A stretch of DNA of 32,000 bases from Ignicoccus hospitalis KIN4/I (GCF_000017945.1 NC_009776.1:270001-302000), one strand, 5' to 3'; shown: positions 1-9,552, counted from the stretch's first letter. Made by a program: numbers and translations. The notes: a model not told the origin generated them from the letters alone.

Positions 1-1210
1 AGGTCGAGAGCAACAGCGCCGCCGCCTCCGCGGACAGTATTACCCTCCACCCCGCCTCGTTGAGGAAGACCAGCGGCATGGCTACTAGCATCACTACGAG
101 CAGCGGGTACAGCACCGGGTGGAAGTAGTTTATCCCGGAGGACTGCTGGGGTATGCTGGCCTCCCTGCCCATTATCACTAGCAACGAAGGCACGAAGAGA
201 GTAGCGTAAACGAATAAGGCAGCTACCAACAGTGAGGAGAACGCCAGCGCGGTGCCGACGTAATAAGGCTCCTTCTGCTCTACGACCCTTTTGACTATTC
301 CTACGAACTCCTTGTAGTTGTCACTTATCTCCTTAACCCACCAAAGGAAGGTGGCTACGGCGGTGAAGAAGAGTACCGCGGACCCCAAGTTGGCTCCGGC
401 GAAGCTGTGCAGGGGGCTGAGGCCGGTCCTAGTGACGAACATCGCTTGGTATACCGAGGAGGTGACCAGCGGCGAGTAGGCCAGCGCCGCCCGGAACGCC
501 AGGGGGAACAAGTGGGGGAGCACGGTGGCCGTCAGCCAGACGGAGAGCTCGCTGGTCTCCACCGGGTCCCAAGCCCAGTAGCCTCCCCACCCGAAGGTCT
601 CGTAGCTCCAATAGGCCCCTAGAGCTATGCCTATGGTCAGCAGCGCCCAGCCGACGTTGTAGGTCACCCTAGCCCTAGAGTGGCCCAAGGCAAGTGCGAC
701 CGCGGAGATGGCCAACAGCGCGTAGCCGGCGAAGGTGGTCAGCGGGTGGGGGTAGAGCCACGGGCTCTTGAGCAAGGGGTTGAGGCCCGCGCCCGTAACG
801 GGGTTCCCGGGGATCAAGGCGAACGCGTCGTTCATGTATGCTGCGAACAAGCCCACTAAGACCAGAGGTATCGCTATGAGTAAGAAGGCCCTCCCGGCCC
901 TCCTGCTCCACCACAAGGCTATGGTCGCTATGAAGGTGTATAGGAACAAGCTGCCCCCGCCGCCGGACCAAGAGGTGGCGACCCTCATCCAGAGGGGCAG
1001 CCCCTCGCTGGAGTTCCAGTAGACCTCGTGTAAGCTGAAGTCCAAGGTGACGAAGGGTATTACGTAAAGCACCCACGCTACGGTCATTACTAAAGTTCCT
1101 AAATTGACGAACTTAATTGCCTTCTCCTCTTGCTTCTTGAGCGCGTAGTACCAAGCGACCGCGAGCAGCGCAGCCGAAACTAAGGGAGGGTATCCGGTCC
1201 AGTGTAACAA
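1..1210 (-). CDS. CcmF/CcsA-like cytochrome c heme lyase, partial (runs off the left edge)
   Basis: Manual minus-strand translation gives an open frame absent from the track because it has no stop in the window: ...AWVLYVIPFVTLDFSLHEVYWNSSEGLPLWMRVATSWSGGGSLFLYTFIA...GGYWAWDPVETSELSVWL. It carries the WAWDPVE(T/N)-type tryptophan-rich heme-handling motif and many TM segments. TTG start near 1210 is tentative. Confidence 0.85.
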   Translation of the reverse strand, partial: MLHWTGYPPLVSAALLAVAWYYALKKQEEKAIKFVNLGTLVMTVAWVLYVIPFVTLDFSLHEVYWNSSEGLPLWMRVATSWSGGGGSLFLYTFIATIALWWSRRAGRAFLLIAIPLVLVGLFAAYMNDAFALIPGNPVTGAGLNPLLKSPWLYPHPLTTFAGYALLAISAVALALGHSRARVTYNVGWALLTIGIALGAYWSYETFGWGGYWAWDPVETSELSVWLTATVLPHLFPLAFRAALAYSPLVTSSVYQAMFVTRTGLSPLHSFAGANLGSAVLFFTAVATFLWWVKEISDNYKEFVGIVKRVVEQKEPYYVGTALAFSSLLVAALFVYATLFVPSLLVIMGREASIPQQSSGINYFHPVLYPLLVVMLVAMPLVFLNEAGWRVILSAEAAALLLST

Positions 1211-1267
1211 ACCTTAGAACCCCTGCGGGACTCGAACCGACGGTAATAATTGTCGCATTTCGAGCTA

Positions 1268-2434
1268 CTAGCCCCCGGCTAGGAGCTTCGCCAGCCGCGC
1301 GTAACGCCCCACGAACTCCACGACCTCACTTATCTTTATCTTCTCATTGGGCGTGTGGGACTCTCTGTGGTCGCCGGGCCCCCAAGTGACGACGTCGTAT
1401 CCCCTATAGTACCTCATGTCGGAGGCCGCCTTGTGGACCTTCAGCGGCTCGCCCCACACCTCGTTTATCAGTTTGGCCAGCTCGCTGTTCTCGTTCAATA
1501 TTCCAGGCTCTAGGAGCTTTACCTCTACCTTCGCCCTATCCCCTATTACTTCCTTTACGAACTCCACGACCTCGCGCTCGTCCTCCTCCGGGATCACCCT
1601 CACGTCCACGCTGAAAACGAAAGAACCGGGCACCACGTTCTCCTTGTTTGATGTGGAGTACGCCACTCCACCTATGTTGAATGCGTTAAACTTCGTCAGC
1701 GGATGTTCCGGCGAGTATTCGTACTTGCTGTACCTCTTGGAAAACTTGTCCGTGAGGGCCCTATTGAGCTCCAATACCAAAGCAGAAGCCTTCACAAAGG
1801 CATTTTCCCCCATCCAGGGTGTGGAAGCGTGCACTTGCTTCCCCGGCACTTCCACTCTCAGCCAAACCACCCCCTTGTGGCCTATCCACACGTTGTGGTC
1901 CGTGGGCTCGGCCACTACGACCCTCCTCGGGATCTCGTACTTCTCCTTCAGTTTGCTCACCCTGTACCCGGTCCCGCACCTCCCCCCAACTTCCTCGTCC
2001 GGCACGAAGACCGCTTGCACCTTGTTACCCTTCCAGTTCGAGAGCTCCGCGAGGGAAGCAGCAACTGCCGCCACACCCCCCTTCATGTCCGTGGCCCCCC
2101 GTCCCACCAAGTACTCGCCCACCACCTTGGGCTCGAAGGGGTTCCCCTCCCACCCGTCGCCGGGAGGGACCACGTCGTAATGGCCGTTGAACTCGAGTAA
2201 GGGCTCCCCCTCGCCCACCCAAGCGAAGAGCAAGGGCTTGGGGCCTTGGGGGCAGTGGGAGCTCCTATACTCGTCGTCCACGTACTCAACCTTAGCGCTG
2301 ACTCCCCTCTCCTCCAGCCAGCCCTTGAGGAAGTGGACCAAGTCCTCGTACTGCTTGCCTTCGGGGGAGACGGTGTCGAAGGAGATGAGTTGGGAGAGGA
2401 GGTCCAAGACCTCTTGGGGGGACAAAGAGGGCAC
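1268..2434 (-). CDS. M20 family metallopeptidase (ArgE/DapE/succinyl-diaminopimelate desuccinylase-like)
   Basis: 388 aa; motifs LLEFNGHYDVVPPGDGW, GRGATDMKGG, EEVGGRCGT and EPT typical of M20 metal-binding sites. Confidence 0.85.
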   Translation of the reverse strand: MPSLSPQEVLDLLSQLISFDTVSPEGKQYEDLVHFLKGWLEERGVSAKVEYVDDEYRSSHCPQGPKPLLFAWVGEGEPLLEFNGHYDVVPPGDGWEGNPFEPKVVGEYLVGRGATDMKGGVAAVAASLAELSNWKGNKVQAVFVPDEEVGGRCGTGYRVSKLKEKYEIPRRVVVAEPTDHNVWIGHKGVVWLRVEVPGKQVHASTPWMGENAFVKASALVLELNRALTDKFSKRYSKYEYSPEHPLTKFNAFNIGGVAYSTSNKENVVPGSFVFSVDVRVIPEEDEREVVEFVKEVIGDRAKVEVKLLEPGILNENSELAKLINEVWGEPLKVHKAASDMRYYRGYDVVTWGPGDHRESHTPNEKIKISEVVEFVGRYARLAKLLAGG

Positions 2435-2548
2435 CGGGTCTCTAGTAAGGGCTCGGAGGTGATAAGCTATTTCCGCCTCCGTAAGGAGTTCGAGGGGAGA
2501 GCGTCCACATCATAACCCCTAGTTCCGAACCCTTGGGGGCTTGGAAGC

Positions 2549-4015
2549 TTGAGCATGAGGCTAGGAGGCCCGGGGCGGCTGGACTTCAAGAAGTTTAAAG
2601 AAGAGAAGAGGGCCGGAACCGCGCTCTTGATCTTGGCCCTCGTCGGGAGCGCCGTCGCAGCCGGCTTGGTGTGGTACGAGTCGTACGTGAGTAACAACTA
2701 CGTCTCTACGGAAGCTTACACGATATACAACGTCCCGGCCTTCGAGAAGCTCCTAAAGGAGAACAAGTACGTGGCGGTGATGTTTAGGAGCCTAACTTGT
2801 CCGCACTGTGAGAAGATGTTGCCCTACTGGCTCAAGCTCGAGATGAGCCAAGGGAAAGTAAGGTTCGTCGACGTGGTTTACGGTACCAACACCGCCACCT
2901 TGTTCCAGAGGTACAAGGTAGAGGGGACGCCTACTTTCATACTCTTCAAGGACGGGAAGCCCGTGGCGAGACACGAGGGCGAGTTCATAGCGGAGAACGT
3001 GACGGAGGCGATGCTCAACTGGGCCCTCAGCGCCGTCGGCACCCCCGTCTTGGCGGGCTACCAGACCTACTTGGCCAAGTGCTCCGTGTGCCACGGCGCC
3101 CCGGCCTCGACCTCGAGGGAGGACTTGCTCGAGTGGGCCAAGAGCGAGAGGAACGGCATAGGGAGGCTCTTGTTAGAGGCCTACCGGAAGAGGGTGACCC
3201 TCGAGGAGCTCTTGGGGAGCGAGGACGCCATTAAGGAGAGGATATGGGGCATGGCGAGGAGGAACAACGTCCCCCTGGACCAGAAGACCGTGGACGAGAC
3301 CGCCAAGTTCTTGCAAGCGGTCAGCGAGGTGTTGATAGGGAAGAAAGAGGTAAACGCAGCGTCGATGTCCGCGGGGACTACTGAAATACCGTCTAGCGGC
3401 TCGGCCGCGCCGGCGCTGATGTTCTTGGTCGGCCTGGCCGCCGGGGTCGGGGCGGCCGTCTCCCCTTGTAACTTCCCGCTGTTCGTGACTTACGTGACTA
3501 GGGGCTTGAGGGAGAGGAGGTCCTCCGCCCTCTCGGCCGTAAGCTGCGCGGCGGCCGCTGCCGTGGGTGTGGCCTTCCTCGGGGCACTGTTCTTGGCCTT
3601 CTCCACCGCCGCCTTGGAGCTGCAGAAGTTCTTGATACCCGTTGTAGGGACCGTAATAGTCGCTATAAGCGCGGCGAGCTTGCTGAAGGTGCCTATAAGC
3701 TTCAGCGCAGGCTCGCTGGGCAAGACCGGAGGGAAGGCGTTCTGCTTCATTTACGGCTTCTTGTCGGTACAGTGCAACTTGCCCTTGGTCATAGGGGCGT
3801 TGTTGCTCATAGCCAGCGGCGGGGGCTTCCAGACGCTGGCGGGCTTCGCCTTAGGCGTTGCGGCCCCGCTCTTCGCGGTCAGCTGGGCCGGGCCGAGGGT
3901 CAGGGGGCTGGCGGAGAAGATAGTGAGGAACAGCGAGAGGATAGAGCTGATAACCAACGCCTTCATGCTCGCAGCCGGAATATACTTGCTGTTCTACGGC
4001 GCGACCCTCATGTAG
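2549..4015 (+). CDS. Membrane-anchored thioredoxin / cytochrome c / CcdA (DsbD-like) fusion protein
   Basis: 488 aa; N-terminal TM, thioredoxin-like domain with CPHC, class I cytochrome c CSVCH heme motif, then a multi-TM CcdA/DsbD-like region (VSPCNFPLFVTYV ... SVQCNLPLVIGALL). Confidence 0.75.
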   Translation: MSMRLGGPGRLDFKKFKEEKRAGTALLILALVGSAVAAGLVWYESYVSNNYVSTEAYTIYNVPAFEKLLKENKYVAVMFRSLTCPHCEKMLPYWLKLEMSQGKVRFVDVVYGTNTATLFQRYKVEGTPTFILFKDGKPVARHEGEFIAENVTEAMLNWALSAVGTPVLAGYQTYLAKCSVCHGAPASTSREDLLEWAKSERNGIGRLLLEAYRKRVTLEELLGSEDAIKERIWGMARRNNVPLDQKTVDETAKFLQAVSEVLIGKKEVNAASMSAGTTEIPSSGSAAPALMFLVGLAAGVGAAVSPCNFPLFVTYVTRGLRERRSSALSAVSCAAAAAVGVAFLGALFLAFSTAALELQKFLIPVVGTVIVAISAASLLKVPISFSAGSLGKTGGKAFCFIYGFLSVQCNLPLVIGALLLIASGGGFQTLAGFALGVAAPLFAVSWAGPRVRGLAEKIVRNSERIELITNAFMLAAGIYLLFYGATLM

Positions 4016-4761
4016 AACGAAGCCGGCGTAAACGCCCTCGCGACCTTGTAGACCTTTTTGACCTCCTCCAAGACCTCGTCTGCGTAAGCTCCCTCCACGA
4101 AGAGTACGCCCGCGGACTTCTTCACGTAACCCCCCATTACCCCCGGCAACTTCAAGAGCCTCGGCTCCACAAACTTCAAGAAGCCGACCCTTGCGGAGAA
4201 GGCCTCCGCGGCCTCCAAGAAGGAGTAGAAGTCGAACCCGTCCAACAAGGCCTTCCAAGCGTCCTCGAAAGCTTCCCTCACGTCCAGTGAGGAGAGCATG
4301 CTCGGGGTGTCCGCGAAGAGGCCCTTCACGGTGAAGCCCACCACGAAGACTTTTCGGGGAACCTCCAAGCTCTCCACCCTCCCCCACCCCGGCCCCCCGG
4401 CCTCTGTCCTGACCGCAACTCCCCTCCCGTAGGCTATCGCCATCACGTCGCCCAGCCCGGTCTTGTTCAAGACCTCCGCCACGTGGGCCCTCGCAGCTGC
4501 CTCCACGAAGCTCTTGTACTTGAATATCGCCGAGGCCAAGGCTATGGCAGCGGAGGTGGCGAACCCCTTCCCCACGGGCACCGGGAGCTTGCACCTAACC
4601 TCCCCCAAGGCCGTGGGCACCGGGGGCCGCGGGCCTCCGGGGGAGCAGACCGCCCCGGGCTTGAGCAGCACCCCGGCCCCCAAGGAGCCCGTGCTTATGG
4701 CTGACCTCCTCCAGACGGGCCTCCAGAGGCCGCTGACGTGGAGGGGCACCTCTACGATCAA
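3994..4761 (-). CDS. GHMP kinase family protein, probable archaeal pantoate kinase
   Basis: 255 aa, TTG start; GHMP glycine-rich loop PVPVGKGFATSAAIALAS, archaeal pantoate kinase-like organisation. Confidence 0.7.
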   Translation of the reverse strand: MIVEVPLHVSGLWRPVWRRSAISTGSLGAGVLLKPGAVCSPGGPRPPVPTALGEVRCKLPVPVGKGFATSAAIALASAIFKYKSFVEAAARAHVAEVLNKTGLGDVMAIAYGRGVAVRTEAGGPGWGRVESLEVPRKVFVVGFTVKGLFADTPSMLSSLDVREAFEDAWKALLDGFDFYSFLEAAEAFSARVGFLKFVEPRLLKLPGVMGGYVKKSAGVLFVEGAYADEVLEEVKKVYKVARAFTPASFYMRVAP

Positions 4762-4794
4762 GCCTTCCTCTCCCCGAGGGGTTAGCGGAAAAGC

Positions 4795-5637
4795 TCAGAA
4801 GTACTTCCAGAGGGTCAAGGGGCTGGGCTCCTCGGAGGGGCACACCTCGCCCCTCCTGACCCTCTCGAGGGCCCTTGTGAGGGGGACCGCGTCGAGGGCG
4901 ACGGTAGTTAGCAAGGAGACGAGGCCCTTCCACTTCCCGAACTCGTAGTACCTCTCCAACCCGCCGTAGGCCTCCTCGTAAACAGCCTTCAGCCACCGGT
5001 CGAGTACGGGGGCGGAGTAGTCGCGGCACGCGAACAGCTTGACCAAGCCCAGCGTGTAGTCCCCGACGCCCTTCACCCCCTTCAAGGAGTCCACGTTAGA
5101 GCAAGTGAGCGGCCGCTCCCTCAAGGCCTCTTTGAGGGCCGTCACGAACTTTGCTCTGTAGCCGAAGCCCGCCGCCTTGAGCGCCCGCTCGTCCACCTCC
5201 TCCGGCCGCGGGAACCTCAAGTACTCCTTCCCGAACACGTTAATCCTCTTAGAGGCGATGATGTGAAGCTTGTAGAGGCTCGACCACGCTTGCTTGAAGC
5301 TCGCGTTCTGTTGCGCTATGCCCACCACCGCGGCCTCCCAGATGCCGAGGGCCCGCGGCCTCAGGCCCCAGTACCTCTCCGCCACGCACCCCAGCAGCGG
5401 GTCCCCCTTCAAGGCCTCGTAGAGCTCGTCCAAGTCCTCGTGGAGGCCCAAGGCCTTGGAAGCGACCTCGGGGTCGCCGTGGAGCTCGTCCGGGGGACAG
5501 AACTTGAAGGGCCTCCCGTCGAGCTCCCCGTAGCCGCACCTCCCGTCGAACTGCCAGCTGAAGGCGTAGAGCGCGAGGGACTCCTTGGGGTACCTCAAGC
5601 CTCCCCCCAGCACTCCGGGACCAGCTCTACCCTCCAA
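4795..5637 (-). CDS. HhH-GPD superfamily DNA glycosylase (AlkA/OGG-like)
   Basis: 280 aa (N-terminus uncertain, overlaps trm5 end); HhH element LKGVKGVGDYTLGLVKLF followed by catalytic-Asp context YSAPVLDRWL; QQNASFKQAW in the usual upstream position. Confidence 0.75.
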   Translation of the reverse strand: MEGRAGPGVLGGGLRYPKESLALYAFSWQFDGRCGYGELDGRPFKFCPPDELHGDPEVASKALGLHEDLDELYEALKGDPLLGCVAERYWGLRPRALGIWEAAVVGIAQQNASFKQAWSSLYKLHIIASKRINVFGKEYLRFPRPEEVDERALKAAGFGYRAKFVTALKEALRERPLTCSNVDSLKGVKGVGDYTLGLVKLFACRDYSAPVLDRWLKAVYEEAYGGLERYYEFGKWKGLVSLLTTVALDAVPLTRALERVRRGEVCPSEEPSPLTLWKYF

Positions 5638-6566
5638 ACCCGCTTGCCCGGGGAGTAGTCCAACACGCCCTTCTTCTTACAGCCCGGGTACTTCCTCTCC
5701 ACCTCCTCCTCAGTCCCCACCACGTAAAGCAGTATCGCCCTCTTGGCCAACCTCTTGGCCTCGTTCAAGAACTCCTCAGCCTTGTGGGGCAAGTTCATAA
5801 TCACTACGTCGAAGCTCTTATCTTTGAAGAACTTCGTGACCTCCGAGGCGTCGCCCATGATTGGTATTATAGTTCCCCTCAACTTCTTCTTGTTCAATTT
5901 GATGTTATCTATCATGAGTTTCACAGCGTTCGGGTTAAGGTCTATTGCGACTACCGTCGCTGTCCTCTTGGAGGCTATGTGTATCGGGAAGAAGCCGACG
6001 CCCGCGAACATGTCGAGCACCCTCTCCCCGTCCCTCACCGCCTCGCTCACCTCCCTGTGCTCCTCGCTGAGGGAGGGGTTGACGTAAGCCTTGGCCAAGT
6101 CCACTTTGAAGATTAATCCATACTCCTTGTACAAGGTCTCCGTCCTCTTCTCCCCGCCCAAGTGGACCAGCTTAGCTACTCTGTGCTCCCCTTCAGTGCC
6201 CAGCTTGGCCCAGAGGGACTTGACCCTCTTCTGCGAGGCCTTTATACACTCCCAGAGCTCCTTGGAGTACTTCAACAACTCCTCGTCCTTCAACGAAATC
6301 ACTGCCAGGTCGCCCACCACGCTGAAGGACCGCGGCCAGTCGCCCTTCCCTAACCTCTCCTCCAAACACTCCTTCAAGCTCTTCGGCCTCTCCCTCCTCT
6401 CGAGCTCGATCTCCACGACCTCGTAGCCCTCCACGGGTGCCTTCACCGGTATGAGCACCTTGTCGCCCACTTCCTTTATCTTGTAGTTTTGGTCAACGAC
6501 GTTCTTCCTTCTGAGCTCCTCTAGGACCCTTTGCGCCTCCCCCTTCGGCACCGCCACCGCCAGCAA
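5595..6566 (-). CDS. trm5: tRNA (guanine37-N1)-methyltransferase Trm5-like
   Basis: 323 aa; VLDMFAGVGFFPIHIA, VVAIDLNPNAVKLMIDNIKLNK, DVVIMNLPHKAEEFL are Trm5/Taw-type class I SAM MTase motifs. Confidence 0.8.
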   Translation of the reverse strand: MLAVAVPKGEAQRVLEELRRKNVVDQNYKIKEVGDKVLIPVKAPVEGYEVVEIELERRERPKSLKECLEERLGKGDWPRSFSVVGDLAVISLKDEELLKYSKELWECIKASQKRVKSLWAKLGTEGEHRVAKLVHLGGEKRTETLYKEYGLIFKVDLAKAYVNPSLSEEHREVSEAVRDGERVLDMFAGVGFFPIHIASKRTATVVAIDLNPNAVKLMIDNIKLNKKKLRGTIIPIMGDASEVTKFFKDKSFDVVIMNLPHKAEEFLNEAKRLAKRAILLYVVGTEEEVERKYPGCKKKGVLDYSPGKRVWRVELVPECWGEA

Positions 6567-7536
6567 GCCCGCCCCCGGGGAGCTCGAAGGTTGAGAGCAA
6601 TAGCGTTGAGTAGGCTAGGAGGAAGAGCGCGTAGGCCAAGTGCCTCTGGTGGGGCCAGACGGTTGCGGAGAGCAACGCCAGCGGGAGGGGGAGCTTGCAG
6701 TACCTCCTCCTATTAGGCACCTTGAGGATGATAGGAACCATCATAGGGAAGTGAATGAATATGTGGAGCGCGACGAAGCCTAAGAGGGAAGCGTGCAAGG
6801 AGGTCAGCGGTTCCTTCGCTAACAACGGCAAGAAGGAAGAGGGGATTACGAGGGCGTGTCCCCACCAGAAGTACTCTTGGGCCCTCCTCGCCACCCCTTC
6901 GAGCCCCTTCACCTTCTTGTAGTACTTAGGGAGGTTGTAGAACTTGGCAGCCACCAAGTATACCAAAGGGGAGAAGAAGCCCAAGGCGTAGGAGGGGTGG
7001 GGGTAGGCGAGGAGCGCGAGCGAGAGGGCGGAGCTGGCGAAGGCCAAGGGCCAGTTCGCCTCCTCGCCGAAGGTCTTCGGGAAGGACTGGCACGAGACCG
7101 CGTATATCAGAGCGAAGGGGTAGGCCAAGAGCCTTACGGCGTCCGTTACTGGGTCTGCAGAGGTTATTGAATATATTGTCAAAGCGAAGTACGATATCGC
7201 CACCGCTTGGAGGGACCTCCTAAAGGCCCCCTTCCACTTGGAAGAGGAGGAGAGCGCCCAGAGGGCGACGTGGAGCGCGGGCGCTGCTAAGTAGTGCTTC
7301 AGCCCGTCGTACCAGAACGGGAGCGCTAGGAGCGGGGCGTTGAGGGGCAGAAGCTCCCTCCTCTCCCCCTTGCTCAGGCTCGCCACGTAAGCGAGGGCCA
7401 CCCCGTGGGGGAAGGTTACCACCGCAGCCCTCATGAAGTCTATATGCAGCTTGGGGAAGACGGGGGCTAAGGTCAAGGCTACGGTAAAGGTCGCCAGCGA
7501 GTAGGCCACTAAGACCTTGGCGATCAAAGGTTCCAT
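6493..7536 (-). CDS. Polytopic membrane protein of unknown function
   Basis: 347 aa, several hydrophobic TM-like segments; HALVIPSSFLPLL, HIFIHFPMMVPII; overlaps trm5 start by about 74 nt. Confidence 0.6.
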   Translation of the reverse strand: MEPLIAKVLVAYSLATFTVALTLAPVFPKLHIDFMRAAVVTFPHGVALAYVASLSKGERRELLPLNAPLLALPFWYDGLKHYLAAPALHVALWALSSSSKWKGAFRRSLQAVAISYFALTIYSITSADPVTDAVRLLAYPFALIYAVSCQSFPKTFGEEANWPLAFASSALSLALLAYPHPSYALGFFSPLVYLVAAKFYNLPKYYKKVKGLEGVARRAQEYFWWGHALVIPSSFLPLLAKEPLTSLHASLLGFVALHIFIHFPMMVPIILKVPNRRRYCKLPLPLALLSATVWPHQRHLAYALFLLAYSTLLLSTFELPGGGLAGGGGAEGGGAKGPRGAQKEERR

Positions 7537-7595
7537 CCGCGAGGGAGGGGAAGGAGCGCTTCAAAACCTTCCCTCCCACGAGCGCCGCGAGAGCT

Positions 7596-8860
7596 ATGAG
7601 GTCGGCCCTAGCTTTAGTGCTCATCGCCTCCTTGGCGTGGGCGCACGCGTTCTCTTTCGAGCTCTTAAGGCCGGAGCTGGCCTTCCCGATAGTAAACTTA
7701 ACGTGGAACAACGAGACCTACACGACTGTGTACTTCTTCCCGAAGTCCATAAAGGGGTTGTTTTAGGGTTCGTCAAGGGGAAAGAAACCTTCTTGATGGC
7801 GTGCGGCTCCTCAGAAGTTCCGACGTACTTCGAAGCGCGCTTCCGCGCGGACGTACAAGTAGGCAGCGACGAGGACTTGTTCTCGATAAGCCTCGGGGCC
7901 TTGCCGGGCAAGAGGTATTGCGTCACCAAGCTGTCCGAACTCAACTTGGTGGTTAAGCTATTCGAAAGCGAGAAGGATAAAAGCGAAGTCGAGATGGTAG
8001 CTTCCTTGGTGAAGTCAATGTTAGCCGCGGCCGGGGGAGGAGGGCTGGGCCCGGCGGGCCTGGTGTTCCACGCGCGCAAGATTCTTGCGCTCTTCAGCGA
8101 GCTCAGGGGAGTATACGTGAACTTGAGGGTTGAAACCGATAAAGGGAGCGTGAATCTCGACCGGTTCATGTACTTCAAGATCTTGGACTCCGAGCCGCGG
8201 TACACAGAGATAAAGGTCCTCTCCAAGTTGCCCTTGGCCCCCGGGGAACCAGTCAAGCTGTTGGTAAAGAACAAGTCTAACGAGACCGTGGTGTTCCAAG
8301 TGTGGGGCGACTACAAGATGGCAGAGGACGACTTGCTCTACGAGGCCTACTTGAGGCCCGGCGAGGTCCGGGACGTCGAGCTGGAGCTCTACGAGGGAAG
8401 CTACTTGTACTTGAGGGACCTCTACTTGAGGGAGTGTCCGTTAGCGGAGTACGAGAAGACGGGGGAGTGCAGCGTTGTGGGCTCCATTCCATACTTCAAC
8501 GCGCTTACACTGTTGGAGTTGGCAAAGGTTAAGTGGTTCGAGGGGGACTCGGAGGTGACGGAGAGCGAGCTGGGGCCCGGGAGGTACAAGGTCTGCGTGG
8601 AGCCGCCGCCCCTCGTCCCGGACCTAGATATGCACGCTACAGTCACCTTGAGGGTAATTTTGGATAGGAAGCTTCTGCCCGATAGAACGCTCGCCGTCGA
8701 ACGGGTCACGCTGACGTCGCTCACGGACTTCAAGGTTTGTATCAACTTCATTATAGACGAGTGGTCTTTCACGGACGAGTGGAGCGCCAGGGGAATCAAG
8801 CTGGAGCTGAAGGGCTACGGACTCAAGCTGAAGCTGGACGAGCTCCCGCGGCGCAGGTGA
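7596..8860 (+). CDS. Secreted/cell-surface protein of unknown function encoded in two frames (signal peptide in frame A, body in frame B)
   Basis: ATG at 7596 opens MRSALALVLIASLAWAHAFSFELLRPELAFPIVNLTWNNETYTTVYFFPKSIKGLF, stop TAG 7764-7766. The track ORF (7517..8860) supplies the rest from ...GVVLGFVKGKETFLMACGSSEVPT... The N-terminus of the track ORF before about 7750 looks like non-coding-frame sequence. Confidence 0.6.
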
Positions 8861-9405
8861 CCCCACAAGTTTTCGCGGAACTCCTCCACCCACTTGGGGT
8901 CGGCCTCCTCGTTCTTCCACGAGGAGGGGTCTGACACCCCCTTTACGTACAAGTACAAGGTCCTAACCACCCCGGCCTCGTCTTGGACGCCCCTCTTCGC
9001 GACCGGCATCCAGCCCGGGACCGGTATCTCGAGCGTCACCACTCTCGCCCCGGGCCTGAGCCCCTCGAGCTTTTCCAGCATCAAGTCCCTAATAACGTCG
9101 TAGTAGATGTATAAGTACACCACCGTTGCGTCCTCCAAGCTCACCTCTTTGAAGTCCTTCTTCAAGATCTTTACCTTATCTTCCAGCCCCTCCTCCCTCA
9201 CCTTCATTTGGGAAAGCAAGACCAAGGCGTCGTCCACCTCGACCCCGACCGCCCGGGCGCCGTAGAGCTTCGCCGCCAGCACCACAACCCTCCCGTCCCC
9301 GGAGCCCAAGTCGTAGACCACGTCCCCGGGCCCCACCTTGGCTAGCTCTAGCGCCGCCTTCACCACCTTCAGCGGGCTCGGTATGAAGGGGACTACCTTT
9401 TCCAC
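8815..9405 (-). CDS. SAM-dependent methyltransferase, aKMT/DOT1-like archaeal protein lysine methyltransferase family
   Basis: 196 aa; PFIPSPLKVVKAALELAKVGPGDVVYDLGSGDGRVVVLAAKLYGARAVGVEVDD resembles archaeal aKMT. Confidence 0.7.
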   Translation of the reverse strand: MEKVVPFIPSPLKVVKAALELAKVGPGDVVYDLGSGDGRVVVLAAKLYGARAVGVEVDDALVLLSQMKVREEGLEDKVKILKKDFKEVSLEDATVVYLYIYYDVIRDLMLEKLEGLRPGARVVTLEIPVPGWMPVAKRGVQDEAGVVRTLYLYVKGVSDPSSWKNEEADPKWVEEFRENLWGHLRRGSSSSFSLSP

Positions 9406-9449
9406 GATCGGACCCTAGGAACTCAAAACTCTCTCCCTTATCACCCTTA

Positions 9450-9510
9450 GCCGGCGATGAGGTGGGTAACCCCGTCCGAAAGGTGAGGTAGGAATTTTCG
9501 TCTGAGCCGA
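9450..9510 (+). ncRNA. Candidate C/D box sRNA (2'-O-methylation guide)
   Basis: Intergenic. Box C-like GCGATGA (9454-9460), D'-like CCGA (9476-9479), C'-like GTGAGGT (9483-9489), a 12-nt interval AGGAATTTTCGT, box D CTGA (9502-9505). Short complementary flanks CGGC/GCCG. C and C' deviate from consensus. Confidence 0.35.
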
Positions 9511-9552
9511 CCTTCTTAAGGCCTCTCCCGGAAGGCCCACGGGGTTATAGGA

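Noticed and set aside
407-1076. Plus- and minus-strand track ORFs in this interval (71, 60, 133 and 84 aa).
   Set aside because: They are shadow ORFs of the minus-strand CcmF-like gene, which is open across the whole interval and has recognisable motifs.
1211-1265. Minus strand GTCGGTTCGAGTCCCGCAGGGGTTC resembles a tRNA T-arm and 3' acceptor (possible split tRNA 3' half or fragment).
   Set aside because: The T-stem has a C-C mismatch, and no anticodon arm or matching 5' half is visible. A short TTCGAGTCC match alone is not enough. A tRNAscan-SE or split-tRNA search would settle it.
3772-5029. Several long alternative-frame ORFs (172, 247, 161 and 144 aa).
   Set aside because: Low-complexity Arg/Gly/Leu-rich translations typical of wrong-frame reads in GC-rich DNA; they overlap well-supported CcdA-fusion, GHMP kinase and glycosylase genes.
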